A stretch of 64,000 nucleotides of DNA from an uncultured bacterium (GTDB taxonomy: Bacteria > Zhuqueibacterota > QNDG01 > DTFT01). Shown here one piece after another: positions 10,764 through 20,469 of the stretch (positions are counted from its first letter, which is position 1; every line of letters starts with the position of its first letter). The translations under genes were made by a program, and so were the position numbers. A model generated the notes under the pieces. The model saw nothing but the letters and a program-made list of their open reading frames with translations. It made no database searches and had not been told where the DNA came from. The stretch is from contig CAVTNR010000012.1 of assembly GCA_963736115.1 (NCBI GenBank), positions 320,001-384,000 on the forward strand, given 5' to 3'.

Positions 10764-12169
10764 TTCAGCGCCGCCCATTGCGTCCTGATTTCAGACAGTG
10801 ACACCGCCCGAAAAGCCAGCAGGGCGGCGGCGTACACGGCGACCGCGGCCGGGACGGCCAGGAGAACGGCCGACCCGGTCGTGGCCGAGAGAAAGACCGT
10901 CATGACGGCAGTCGCGGCCAGCACCCTGGGCCAGACGGCCCATTCCGTGATCCGCACCAGCCGCGCCAGCGCCCACCCCATCGCCGGCAGGAACATGCAT
11001 GCTTCCGTGATCAGGGTGGTCCAGGCCGCGCCCATGAAGGAGAAACGGCCGATGAGCAGGATGTTGAAAACGATGTTGCAGGCCAGCGCGCCGGCCTCGA
11101 AGGCGAGAAACAGGCGCTGGCGGTTCACCGCGTTGTACAGGCTCGCCAGATAGACATTGAAAAAATTCAGCGCCGCGGCGAAGGCCAGCACGCGGAGAGC
11201 CGCCGAGGCGGTGGCGTACCGGACATCCGCGAGCAGAAGAATCAACCGGTCCGCGGTGAGGAGCACGCCGGGGACAAGGGGCACCGCGATCATAAAGAGC
11301 ACCTTCAGTCCCAGCGTAAAAACCCGTGAGGTCTCCTCCCGGTCGGCGGACACGGCGGAAAGACGCGGGAAAAAGGCGGTCGCGAAAATCATCGGGATCA
11401 GGTTGGTGAAGCTCATGAGCTTCTGGGCCGCGCCGTACAGGCCCACGGCCGCGTCGCCCCGCATCTGCCGGAGAATGGGAACGGAAAGCTGGCCGTATGA
11501 ATAGGTGACGAACAGGGCCAGTCCGAACGGAAGCGATTCCCGGAACAGGCGGCCGCTCCGACGGACGTCCATCCGCGCGTCCGCGGGATGGAAGCGGCGG
11601 CGCAGAATCAGGAGGGAAAGTCCCAGGGAGACGGCTCCGGCCAGCGCAAAGCCGAGCGCGAAGGGAACGAGACCCAGACGGGCGCGGACGGCGGCCACGC
11701 AGAGCGCGGTCGACAGCGTCTTCTCGACCAGGATGGTCAGCGTCTCGTACTGCATGCGTTCGTGGCCGCGGAACACGGCGAAAACGAGCTGGGTGAACGA
11801 CGAGCTGAGCCCGTATACGGCCACGATCCAGATCACGCGAGTCGTTTCGGCATCGGGCTTTGTCAGGGTGGTGTAGATTCCGAGAAAAGCGAAGCTGATC
11901 GGAACGAGGAGAAGCTTGAGGCCCATCGCGCCCGCCAGAACGGACCTGCTTTCCGCGGGCCTGCGGGCGATGTCCCGCGTGACCAAAGTGGTGACGCCGA
12001 AGTCGTCGAACAGGAGGACGAAATACATCAGGGTCATGGCCAGGGTGTAGACCCCGAATCCCGATTCGCCCAGGCCCACCGTGGCCGTCTTGAACAGGAT
12101 CAGGGCCATGAGCATCTGCCAGCCCTGGGTGAGGGCGCTGAAAAAGGTGTTGCGGAAAAGCCGGGTCAT
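10760..12169 (-). CDS. Wzx-type polysaccharide flippase
   Basis: 469 aa MOP family; LG...FG.Y, DFG..T..TRDIAR, AVGLYGAA.KL, AFFPRLS, GAAWTTLITE. Confidence 0.88.
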   Translation of the reverse strand: MTRLFRNTFFSALTQGWQMLMALILFKTATVGLGESGFGVYTLAMTLMYFVLLFDDFGVTTLVTRDIARRPAESRSVLAGAMGLKLLLVPISFAFLGIYTTLTKPDAETTRVIWIVAVYGLSSSFTQLVFAVFRGHERMQYETLTILVEKTLSTALCVAAVRARLGLVPFALGFALAGAVSLGLSLLILRRRFHPADARMDVRRSGRLFRESLPFGLALFVTYSYGQLSVPILRQMRGDAAVGLYGAAQKLMSFTNLIPMIFATAFFPRLSAVSADREETSRVFTLGLKVLFMIAVPLVPGVLLTADRLILLLADVRYATASAALRVLAFAAALNFFNVYLASLYNAVNRQRLFLAFEAGALACNIVFNILLIGRFSFMGAAWTTLITEACMFLPAMGWALARLVRITEWAVWPRVLAATAVMTVFLSATTGSAVLLAVPAAVAVYAAALLAFRAVSLSEIRTQWAALK

Positions 12170-13161
12170 GTCCGGGGCCTTCGGCGGGGTTCCGGCGCGG
12201 ACGGCGGCTTTTCAGCCGCGATGAACGCGCAGGATACGTTCAGGTCTTCATCCGTCAGGGACGCGAACCGCCGGGCGAGCCGGTTGCGCGTGATGCCGGG
12301 CGGGCCGGACCGCGGGATCACGTCCAGAATCCTGAATCCCTCCCGCTCGAGCAGACGAATGTGCACGGAGAGGGGCTCCCGGTTGATCAGATAGGGCCGT
12401 TTTCCGCGGATCAGCGACCAGGCGGAATCCGGAACGCCCCAATGGCCGTTCCACGACCGCGTGAGACCGTGACTGCTGAAATCCACGACATGAGACATGC
12501 GTCCGCCCGGCTTGAGCCACAGGCGCATCGCCCGATAGGTGGCCTCGAGATCATTCACATGCTCCAGCACGGCCTGTGACAGAATCATGTCCGCGGAAGC
12601 GTCCCGGATCACGTTCGGATCCGTCCAGGGCGCGGCATACCGGATCATTCCGTTCCCGCGCTCCGCTCCCGCGCTCCGGACCGCCTGCCGGATGCGGCTG
12701 ATTCGCTCCGGGTGGAGATTCGCATCGAGTCTCTTGCCGGGAAAAAGCGGATCCGGAAAACGGTAGGAGTCGAGCCCCGGCATCACATCCGGAAATTCCG
12801 ATTCACCTGGAACGCCTGCCCGGTCGCGGAAAAGGCCGGTCAAGGCGTCCAGAACCGTTTCATTCCGGGCCGTCTCCGCGTAGCGGATGAAGTCCAGGGC
12901 CATGACCTGCTCCGCCCCGCTGAGGAGGGCCGCCAGGCCGACGCCGAGCGAATCGCCCGGCCCGATCTCCGCCACGGTAGCCGGCACTTCCCGCAGGCCG
13001 AGCCGGACATGCTGAACCCAATGCCTCAGCCAGACGGAATAGCAGTAGCGCGCCGAAACCGTGCCGCCTGTTCCGCGCCTGCGCCAACGGGTCACGCCTG
13101 GGATGAAAGTGGCCGCTCCGTACAGAAGCGGTCCGGGTCGGATGTCGAGTTTTTTTATCAT
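12166..13161 (-). CDS. class I SAM-dependent methyltransferase
   Basis: VAEIGPGDSLG, D.ILSQAVLEHV, LKPGG motifs. ATG at 13161 chosen; TTG at 13173 is possible. Confidence 0.8.
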   Translation of the reverse strand: MIKKLDIRPGPLLYGAATFIPGVTRWRRRGTGGTVSARYCYSVWLRHWVQHVRLGLREVPATVAEIGPGDSLGVGLAALLSGAEQVMALDFIRYAETARNETVLDALTGLFRDRAGVPGESEFPDVMPGLDSYRFPDPLFPGKRLDANLHPERISRIRQAVRSAGAERGNGMIRYAAPWTDPNVIRDASADMILSQAVLEHVNDLEATYRAMRLWLKPGGRMSHVVDFSSHGLTRSWNGHWGVPDSAWSLIRGKRPYLINREPLSVHIRLLEREGFRILDVIPRSGPPGITRNRLARRFASLTDEDLNVSCAFIAAEKPPSAPEPRRRPRT

Positions 13162-13230
13162 CTTGAGAGTCAAGCAATTTACATAAAAATCAACCGGGAA
13201 GCAAAAGATAAAATACCGCCGGATGAACGC

Positions 13231-13256
13231 AAGAAGCCCCGCCGACTGGGCGGGGC
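13231..13256 (-). terminator. probable intrinsic terminator
   Basis: GCCCCGCC-CAGTC-GGCGGGGC followed by TTCTT, about 50 nt after the stop at 13305. Confidence 0.6.
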
Positions 13257-13304
13257 CTCTTGAACATCGGTTCCCTTTCCGCGGTCAGCCGGCCGCGGCA
13301 CCCA

Positions 13305-15230
13305 TCAATGGACCGTGGTGACGCGGACGTCCTGCGGCGGCGCAGGCGGCGTGGTGTCGTATCCCGAAACCGGGCCTTTGTACACGAACCGGATCGCGTC
13401 CGAAAGGACGATTCCCGAAGTGTTGTTCGTGATCGTGACCTTTCCGGTTCTGCCCTTGGCGAACGGGAAAACGCCCAGCCTGTTCCACTGCCCGAAATTC
13501 CGGGTCTGGTTGATCGTAAAGGATGTGTCCTTTCCGGAGCAGACGAGCCGCGTCGGGACATTGGCCGAAAGCGGAAAGCTCGTCTCCGAGGAGCCGCGGT
13601 AGCCGTGCCATTCGGAGACCTCGTACATGCCGGGTGTTCCGATCGTGGGCGTGTACACGGCCGCGTTCTCCCCGCTCCCCGGCGGGCTCCAGGCGAATCC
13701 GTCCGGCTGGAAAGACGCGTAATTGCGGTCCGTATAAAATGCGTAAAACTTGCCGCCCTCCGAGCTCAGGACCCACCCCCCCGTGTACTGAACCGGATCC
13801 GACCCGGGCGAAGTCTGGTTGTTGACGTGATTGTCGACGATGATGGGCGTAATAAGCGTCCGCTTCGTCCGGAAGAGAAGCGCGCCGTCGCCGAACACCT
13901 CGGGGTCGCTCCAGACAGCCGCTTTGATATCTCCATCCATAAAAACCGGATTGGCGTCCGTCACCTGCTGTCCGTTGTTCCGGTCCGGGTCCTGACCCCC
14001 GAGAAAACGGTAGACCGCGCCGCCCCCGGCCGGATCCACAGCCGCCAGTTCCGCCGCCGTCACCGTCTGGTCGAGGCCCGAGGCGTTGCAGATACTGATG
14101 CCGTTGTCGAAGAACCGGACCCAGACGCCGCTGGCCCAGGGCGTGGACGCGAGCGGTTTACCCGAGAGTTTGACGGGCGCGGCCAGGGGGTATCCGAGCA
14201 ATCCCTTGGCCTCGAATTCGTCGTAGATGTGCACGTTGCCGTGGTGCCCCAGATTGTTTCCCTCGTCCACATAGAAGAAGGACTGAGACAGCAGGCAGGT
14301 CGCCAGTCCGTACCGTACGGACCGGTAATTGTTCTTGTAGGGTTCGACCGGAAAATTCTCCCAGAAAAACCGGTGCGCGGAGTCGAAGATGTTGAGGGTT
14401 GGCTTCTTCTTGGTCGTGGCGGCGTCGGCATAGGCGTTGATCCAGTACCCGAAGGGGCCGTTGTAGAAGGGGAAATCCTCGAAAACGCCTCCGTTCACAT
14501 TGGGCCAGGGCACGCCGCCGATCTGCACCACGATGTATTTCAGGCCGGGGATCTGGTATTCCCGCTCGTGATAGGCGTGAACGGCGCGCCACCAGACCGC
14601 ATTGACGGAATCCACGCCGCCCCATTCATCCTTGTCCGCGGTGCCGTTGTTGTTGAAATCCCCGGTCCGTGCCTGGGACCAGCCGGGATTGTTCCACCAC
14701 CAGTCGTGCCAGACGCCGTCGAATGCCGTGAAGTCCACATGCTCCTTCACCCAGCGGAGCGCGAAATCAGTGTACCGCACCGCACCCTGCCCGTCTCCCC
14801 GGTCGACGGTCGGGCAGTACGGCGAAATGTTCATCTGGTAGACGTCGTTCCACAGCTGGAAGCGCTGTCCCGAAACATCGTGGTAGAACCAGGCCTCGGG
14901 CAGGTTCTGGACCCCGTTCAGCAGGAGCCGTTCGTTGATGAACATGGCGGTCGTGGCCAGCATGATCACGTTCGGATTCTGCGCCTTGTATTTCCGGGCC
15001 TGATCGGCGTTCGGCGTGATCGCGATGACGTCGAAGGGCTTCAGAATGTCGAGACTCGCGTGGGTCTGTCCGCTGAACGTGGTGATGCCGAACCGCGGGT
15101 AGGGCGGGTTGAAATCCTGGGTCCGGGCGCCGGGAGCCGCGGTCAGGATCAGGGCCGCGAAACCGGACGCGAATGCCCGGTGGAGCCGGACGGCCCGGCT
15201 GTTCCGTTCAGAGAATGACATCCGATTCAT
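13305..15230 (-). CDS. secreted putative glycoside hydrolase (GHL15-like) with golvesin/Xly CBM-like domain and C-terminal DTTPPAPPQDVRV tag
   Basis: Signal-like N-terminus; K..NPN..ML, PEAWF.HD..G, FDGVWHD, GVWVRFFDNG; IIVDN...G.W...Y.V..W...NQ....GQW..LG.F.F...DAIRF. Confidence 0.65.
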   Translation of the reverse strand: MNRMSFSERNSRAVRLHRAFASGFAALILTAAPGARTQDFNPPYPRFGITTFSGQTHASLDILKPFDVIAITPNADQARKYKAQNPNVIMLATTAMFINERLLLNGVQNLPEAWFYHDVSGQRFQLWNDVYQMNISPYCPTVDRGDGQGAVRYTDFALRWVKEHVDFTAFDGVWHDWWWNNPGWSQARTGDFNNNGTADKDEWGGVDSVNAVWWRAVHAYHEREYQIPGLKYIVVQIGGVPWPNVNGGVFEDFPFYNGPFGYWINAYADAATTKKKPTLNIFDSAHRFFWENFPVEPYKNNYRSVRYGLATCLLSQSFFYVDEGNNLGHHGNVHIYDEFEAKGLLGYPLAAPVKLSGKPLASTPWASGVWVRFFDNGISICNASGLDQTVTAAELAAVDPAGGGAVYRFLGGQDPDRNNGQQVTDANPVFMDGDIKAAVWSDPEVFGDGALLFRTKRTLITPIIVDNHVNNQTSPGSDPVQYTGGWVLSSEGGKFYAFYTDRNYASFQPDGFAWSPPGSGENAAVYTPTIGTPGMYEVSEWHGYRGSSETSFPLSANVPTRLVCSGKDTSFTINQTRNFGQWNRLGVFPFAKGRTGKVTITNNTSGIVLSDAIRFVYKGPVSGYDTTPPAPPQDVRVTTVH

Positions 15231-16375
15231 GTTGCACCTCGCGAGAGAAGAAGTTCCTGATACAATGCATGAAAAGCGTCCACTTGCCGGTCGACCCCGT
15301 GTCCGCCGACCGCCCGCCGCCGGGCTTCCCGCCCCATGCGTTTCCGGAGCCGGGCGTTGCCGGCCAGCTTCAGCAGGGCTTCCGAGAGCCGCGCCGGATC
15401 GCGGGGCGGCACGAGCAGTCCGGTGACGCCGTCTTCCACAACCTCGGGCGTCCCGTCCACGGCCGTGGCCACAACCGGCCTGCCGCACGCCATGGCCTCG
15501 AGCACCGCGTTCGGAAGCCCTTCGTACAGGGAGGGCAGGACAAAAACATCGAACGCGGCCAGCAGAGCCGGCACATCGTCGCGGAAACCGAGGAACCGGA
15601 CCCGGTCCCCGATTCCGAGACTGCGGGCCTGCGCCTCCAGCGATTCGCGCAGTGGCCCGTCGCCCGCGAAAACGAATTGCAGGTCCGGCCTGCGCCGGAG
15701 CGCGGCCGACGCGGCTTCAAGCAGGAACCGGTGACCCTTTTGTTCGGTGAGCCGGGCGATGACGCCGAATACCGTGCCCTTGTCCGTCAGGCCGAGTCCG
15801 CGGCCGCGCCGGCCGGCGCCGGCCGGCATGGGTCTGAATCGGTCCGTGTCCACGCCGTAGAGAATGGCCCGCGTCTTTGAAACCGGTACGCGGCGCTCCT
15901 CCGAAACCTGGCGCCGGATGGCCTCCGAAACCGCGACCGAAAGCGAAAACCACTTCGACGCGAGCCGGTACGCGGCGAGATGAAGAGGGCCGTACGGCTG
16001 GGTGACGGCTTCCCACGACACGACGGCCTTCACGCCCGTCAGCCGCGAGGCTGCGGCCCCGATCACATCCGCGTAGAACAGCGTCGTCTGCACCAGATCA
16101 ATTCGCTCCTCGCGGATCAGCCCGGCGACCCGCCGGATCAGGCCCGCGTCCCAGGCGCGCCGCTTGGGATACACCGTCACGCGGTCCGCGGCTTCCCGGA
16201 ACCGTTCTTCCAGAACCCCGCCCTGGCCCACGGAACAGACCACGCAGCGGTAGGCGCCCGGAAAGCGGATCCGGAGCCGTTCCACCAGCTCCAGCAGTTT
16301 CAGCTCGCCCCCGCCGGGGGCGAATCCGTTGACAATGAAAAGAACGCGGGCCGGTTTTCCGGCATCGGCTGTCAT
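15227..16375 (-). CDS. GT4 glycosyltransferase
   Basis: GGGE, ARL..QKG, LGFRDDV, DVFVLPS.YEGLPNAVLEAMA.G.PVVAT.V.G..E. Confidence 0.93.
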   Translation of the reverse strand: MTADAGKPARVLFIVNGFAPGGGELKLLELVERLRIRFPGAYRCVVCSVGQGGVLEERFREAADRVTVYPKRRAWDAGLIRRVAGLIREERIDLVQTTLFYADVIGAAASRLTGVKAVVSWEAVTQPYGPLHLAAYRLASKWFSLSVAVSEAIRRQVSEERRVPVSKTRAILYGVDTDRFRPMPAGAGRRGRGLGLTDKGTVFGVIARLTEQKGHRFLLEAASAALRRRPDLQFVFAGDGPLRESLEAQARSLGIGDRVRFLGFRDDVPALLAAFDVFVLPSLYEGLPNAVLEAMACGRPVVATAVDGTPEVVEDGVTGLLVPPRDPARLSEALLKLAGNARLRKRMGREARRRAVGGHGVDRQVDAFHALYQELLLSRGAT

Positions 16376-16399
16376 CCGAATCCGATCTCCGGCTTCCGG

Positions 16400-18244
16400 T
16401 CAGCGCACATTCACGCCGGTCGGCGCGGCGGGTGGAATGGCGTCGTCTCCCGCGGCCGTATCCGTCCAGGTCCAGGCGCTGAAGTCGTATGTGCGCTGGC
16501 GGCCGTGGCGCTTGACGATCATTTTATTCCCCTCCCAGCGCACGATCGACTGATTGCGGTAATCGACGGTCTGGATGCGCTGAAACGGATAGGGCCAGAC
16601 ATAGGAATAATCGGCGTCGCCCGGCCGAGTGACTACGGCGTCCCAGTCCTGCTTGCCTGGCAGAACCTTGCAGCTGATCTTGTTGCCCCGGCTCGTGGTA
16701 TAGCTCCAGACCGCCAGTGAGGCGCTCCCGCGCACGGCCCGCTTGAAGTCGTCCCAGGTGGCGTAATCGGCGCCTTCAATGCCGACCTCCATGCCCGACA
16801 CCTTGTTGACGGTGTCCCGGATCACGGCCACCATGGTCCGCCCTTCCTTGAAGAACTGCCAGGACCCCTCCTTCTGATTGAGGTCCCAGGCGTTCGGGGA
16901 AACGGCCTGGTGCCATTTGTATCCCCAGCTGAACAGGGCGTTCCGGTACTGGAAACCGTATTCGCCCTGGGTGATGTATGTCTCGCCCTGGGCGGGTGTG
17001 GAGGTGCCGCCTCCGGTGTCATAGGTGTTGATCCAGGAGATGAAAGGCGTTCCCGCGTGATTGAACGATCCGGGCGTATCCGTGGACTTGACGCAGAGCT
17101 GCCATCCCGCGCCGACGCGGCCGCCCAGATTGTAGAACTTGGTGACATAGTTCCATTTGCCCGTGTTCGTGCAATAGACGATGCTGTTGTTCAATTCCAT
17201 GTTGATGTGGTGGTAATTGTCGGGCTCGTCGTTCAGGTCGATGGCGTCCCAGATCACGTCCGGGAGGCGGTAATCGGAAGCCAGCACGGAGTAGCTGGGC
17301 TCGTATCCCGTGGCCACGGCCCCTTCGAAGAAGAAGTCCCAGTAAAAACGCGTCCGCCCGCCGTAAATCGTGACGTTGTAGACGCGGCCCAGCGCGCCGC
17401 CCCAGTGATTGCCGCTGTAATCCATTCCGGATTCCAGGAACATGAAATCGAGCATCATCCGGGCCTTCTTTTTCATGGTTTCGTCCAGCGCCAGATCGTA
17501 CAGGGCCCAGTAGGCGTAGACCAGGCACCAGGTGTAATGGGGGCTGTCGAACTCGGCGTTTCCGCTGGAGACCCACCGATCCATGAAGTAATAGATGTAA
17601 TCGCTGGCCAGCTGATAGGCGGGATAGGTGTTGCCGGGCGTGTACGTGCGGCCTCCCCAGCTGAAGGCGTAAATATTGGTCGTCGGCGGAGGATTGTACG
17701 ACCAGGTGACATTGGCCGACTTGTAATACTGCGCCCAGAGATACCGGCCCACCATGTCGAACATCCGGCTGTTCTCGGAGCCGGGACTGAAATCGCGGGA
17801 GGTGATGGCGTTGCTGTAGACGGTCTGGATGAAGAGACGGTCCGCGCTGGTGAGAACGCTGTTGTACTCCAGGTACATGTAGATCAGCGCGAGATTGGCG
17901 TACCATTCGCCGAAATACCACGCGTATCCGTACGTGGGGTAGCCGCTGGCCGACCAGGTGGTGCCCCAGCAGCGGATGATCTTGCTGATGACCTCGCTGA
18001 CGGGCCGGTATACGCCGCCGACGTCCTTCACCTGCTGGGTGGGACTCATGGTGCCGTTCCGGATTTTTTCGAGCCACCCCCACACGCGCTCATGGTACAT
18101 GAGCAGGGTTTCGCCGTCGGTGGAGAGGTAGTGGCTCTTCTTGGCCTGAAACACCTGTTCCTGGGTCATCGCGGCCCAACCGGTTCCCGCGGCGGCCAGC
18201 AGACTCAGCGCCAGTATCCCCCTGATGGTGCGACGCATCCTCAT
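16400..18244 (-). CDS. secreted hypothetical protein (Trp/Tyr-rich, possibly alpha/alpha-toroid polysaccharide-acting) with C-terminal DAIPPAAPTGVNVR tag
   Basis: Signal peptide MRRTIRGILALSLLAAAGTGWA; SEN, G..EFDSPHY motifs; function not recognisable. Confidence 0.7.
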   Translation of the reverse strand: MRMRRTIRGILALSLLAAAGTGWAAMTQEQVFQAKKSHYLSTDGETLLMYHERVWGWLEKIRNGTMSPTQQVKDVGGVYRPVSEVISKIIRCWGTTWSASGYPTYGYAWYFGEWYANLALIYMYLEYNSVLTSADRLFIQTVYSNAITSRDFSPGSENSRMFDMVGRYLWAQYYKSANVTWSYNPPPTTNIYAFSWGGRTYTPGNTYPAYQLASDYIYYFMDRWVSSGNAEFDSPHYTWCLVYAYWALYDLALDETMKKKARMMLDFMFLESGMDYSGNHWGGALGRVYNVTIYGGRTRFYWDFFFEGAVATGYEPSYSVLASDYRLPDVIWDAIDLNDEPDNYHHINMELNNSIVYCTNTGKWNYVTKFYNLGGRVGAGWQLCVKSTDTPGSFNHAGTPFISWINTYDTGGGTSTPAQGETYITQGEYGFQYRNALFSWGYKWHQAVSPNAWDLNQKEGSWQFFKEGRTMVAVIRDTVNKVSGMEVGIEGADYATWDDFKRAVRGSASLAVWSYTTSRGNKISCKVLPGKQDWDAVVTRPGDADYSYVWPYPFQRIQTVDYRNQSIVRWEGNKMIVKRHGRQRTYDFSAWTWTDTAAGDDAIPPAAPTGVNVR

Positions 18245-18459
18245 GAGAATTTCCTCCGGATCGTTGCGGCTCCGCCGGCGGCGGAGCGGAATGAACAAAC
18301 TGAACCTCTAAATGGTGAACCGATGACGCCCGAACCGGGTTCCGCGGGAACCGGCCGATGCGGCCTGAAACCCGCGGAAAACGTTTCGTCCGGCCGCGGA
18401 CGGCCGAGGCGCGTCTCCGGGTTGGATGACCTTTCGGATGCCGGTCCGCCTGCCTCCGC

Positions 18460-19713
18460 TCACGGCCGGCTTTTCCCCCGGTCGATCAGCTCCCGGTAGA
18501 TGCCGGACAGCTCCCGGTAATGATGCTCCGGCGAAAAGAGTCTTTCGGCTTTGCGCCGGCCGGCCCGCCCCATGGCGGAGAGCCCGCTCCCGCGTCGGAC
18601 AAATTCGGAGAGGCGCCGGCCGAGGGCTTCGGCGTCACCGGCCGGGTACAGAGCGCCGTCCACGCCGTCCGAGATGAGCTCCGGTATGCCGCCCATGGCC
18701 GCACCGATGACCGGCTTCGCCATGGCGAACGACTCATAAATGACCAGCGGCGAGTTCTCGTGCCATTCGGACGGCACCACGACGAAACCCGCGCCGTCGA
18801 TCGTCTTTCTCAGTTTCTCCCCGTCAAGACGGCCCGCGAAACGCACCTGCTTGAGGCCCCGTTCGGATGCGAACGCTTCGAGCTCAGCGCGTTGCGGCCC
18901 TTCGCCTGCGATGACGAGCGGCCATTCGAATCCGGTTTCCACGGCCCGGAGAAGGGTTTTCAGGCCCTTCTCCGCGGACAGCCGCCCCATGTACAGGCCA
19001 TAGCGTCCCGGCCGGAACGAAGGGCGGTACGCGGAGAGATCGATCGTATAGGGCAGGTGCCGGATCCGGTCCCGCCGGATGCCGCCCTGCTCGAGCTTGC
19101 GGCCCATGAACCGGCTCGGCACGAGAAAGCGGTCGATGCCGCGTTCGTAGAACCGGCCCGCCTTGTGGAACGACGTTTCAGCCGCAAGCAGAAGCGTCGC
19201 CCAGAACGAATCCTTGTGACACCGCTCCGCGAGCGCGCGGCAGTAGAATCCGCCGAGACATTTCTCGCAGACCCGGTTCTGGCCCATGTGGTAGAGGCGG
19301 TAGGTCGGGCACACCAGTTTGTACGTGTGAACCGTCTGCACCACGGGGATGCCCGCCCTCCGCAGGACCGGGAGTATCGAGGGCGAAATCTGATGATCGA
19401 TCATGTGCAGATGCGCGATGTCGGGCCGTGTGTCCCGGACCAGGCGCGCCAGCCGGTCCGCGGCCTGGGTCGACCAGAAGATGCGGCCGAGGGACCGCAG
19501 GCCGACCCGCGCCTTCTGCGCCGGTCCCCGCGCGTCGAATTCGATGCGGTCCACGAAATACCGGGCATACGGCGTCTGGAAATTGTCCGGATGCTTCATG
19601 GAAAAAGGAATGACCGTATGGCCGTTCGCCTCCAGCACGGCCTTCAGGTCGAAGAAATACCGTTCCGCTCCCCCCCGAACGAAATAATATTTGTCGGACA
19701 GGAGCACTTTCAT
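18460..19713 (-). CDS. GT4 glycosyltransferase
   Basis: GGAERY, YKLVCP, GRLSAEKG, PSEWHENSPLVIYESFA..KPVIG...GG..E. Confidence 0.93.
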   Translation of the reverse strand: MKVLLSDKYYFVRGGAERYFFDLKAVLEANGHTVIPFSMKHPDNFQTPYARYFVDRIEFDARGPAQKARVGLRSLGRIFWSTQAADRLARLVRDTRPDIAHLHMIDHQISPSILPVLRRAGIPVVQTVHTYKLVCPTYRLYHMGQNRVCEKCLGGFYCRALAERCHKDSFWATLLLAAETSFHKAGRFYERGIDRFLVPSRFMGRKLEQGGIRRDRIRHLPYTIDLSAYRPSFRPGRYGLYMGRLSAEKGLKTLLRAVETGFEWPLVIAGEGPQRAELEAFASERGLKQVRFAGRLDGEKLRKTIDGAGFVVVPSEWHENSPLVIYESFAMAKPVIGAAMGGIPELISDGVDGALYPAGDAEALGRRLSEFVRRGSGLSAMGRAGRRKAERLFSPEHHYRELSGIYRELIDRGKSRP

Positions 19714-20408
19714 GGGGACTGCTTGAACGCCTCCACATAGAGCGATTCCTCGGGCCGGTTGTCCAGCATTCCGGCGTCGGGGGTGACTCCCTGGCGGTAC
19801 GGCCGGCGCTGGACTTCCGCGAATCCGCCTTTTTTCAGCGCGTCCGTCAGGAGTTCCTCGTCGTACAGGTAACGGTGATAGGTGTAGCCGTCCTGTTTCG
19901 ACTCATTGAAGAAATATCCGAGAGAAAGGCGTTTCTCGCCCTTCCGGTAAAGGTCCATGGCATGCGACAGGTCCGGCACGGCCACGCGGAAAACGCCGCC
20001 CGGCTTGAGCACCCGCACCGCCTCCCGGATCAGCCGTTCCGCCTCGTCCCGGTGCAGATGCTCGAGGAGGTGGGAGGCATACAGAAAATCCACGCTTCCG
20101 TCCCGGAACGGTATTCCATAGGTCAGATCATGATGGATATACCGGTTGTCTTTCAGGATGCGCGTATACGCATCCCGGGTGAACTCCTGATTCGAGGTCT
20201 GGATGACGCGATACAGCCAGTGGATCACAAAATCAGGCCATGTGGAAAAAAATGCCCGCAGGTGCCCGTCCACATTATACCAGCCCGGAGCGACATGCAG
20301 ACCCGCCCCGAGGTTGACTTTTACAACCCCTTGATCGGGTTGAATTTGACGACCCCGTTTCAGCCAGGTAATCGCCTGCGTCAATTTATCGTGTATCATT
20401 TTGAGCAT
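19710..20408 (-). CDS. SAM-dependent methyltransferase (type 11-like)
   Basis: VNLGAG, PF.DGSVD..YASH.LEHL, RVLKPGG.FR..VPD. Confidence 0.85.
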   Translation of the reverse strand: MLKMIHDKLTQAITWLKRGRQIQPDQGVVKVNLGAGLHVAPGWYNVDGHLRAFFSTWPDFVIHWLYRVIQTSNQEFTRDAYTRILKDNRYIHHDLTYGIPFRDGSVDFLYASHLLEHLHRDEAERLIREAVRVLKPGGVFRVAVPDLSHAMDLYRKGEKRLSLGYFFNESKQDGYTYHRYLYDEELLTDALKKGGFAEVQRRPYRQGVTPDAGMLDNRPEESLYVEAFKQSP

Positions 20409-20428
20409 ATGATAACCCCTTAATTATG

Positions 20429-20446
20429 ATGCAATTTTCCTGCCAG
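20429..20446 (-). promoter_or_regulatory. possible sigma54 (-24/-12) promoter
   Basis: Minus strand CTGGCAGGAAAATTGCAT: GG-N10-GC with TGGCA and TTGCA boxes, in a short AT-rich gap. Confidence 0.45.
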
Positions 20447-20469
20447 ATTTTCGAAAAAAGGAGGGGATT

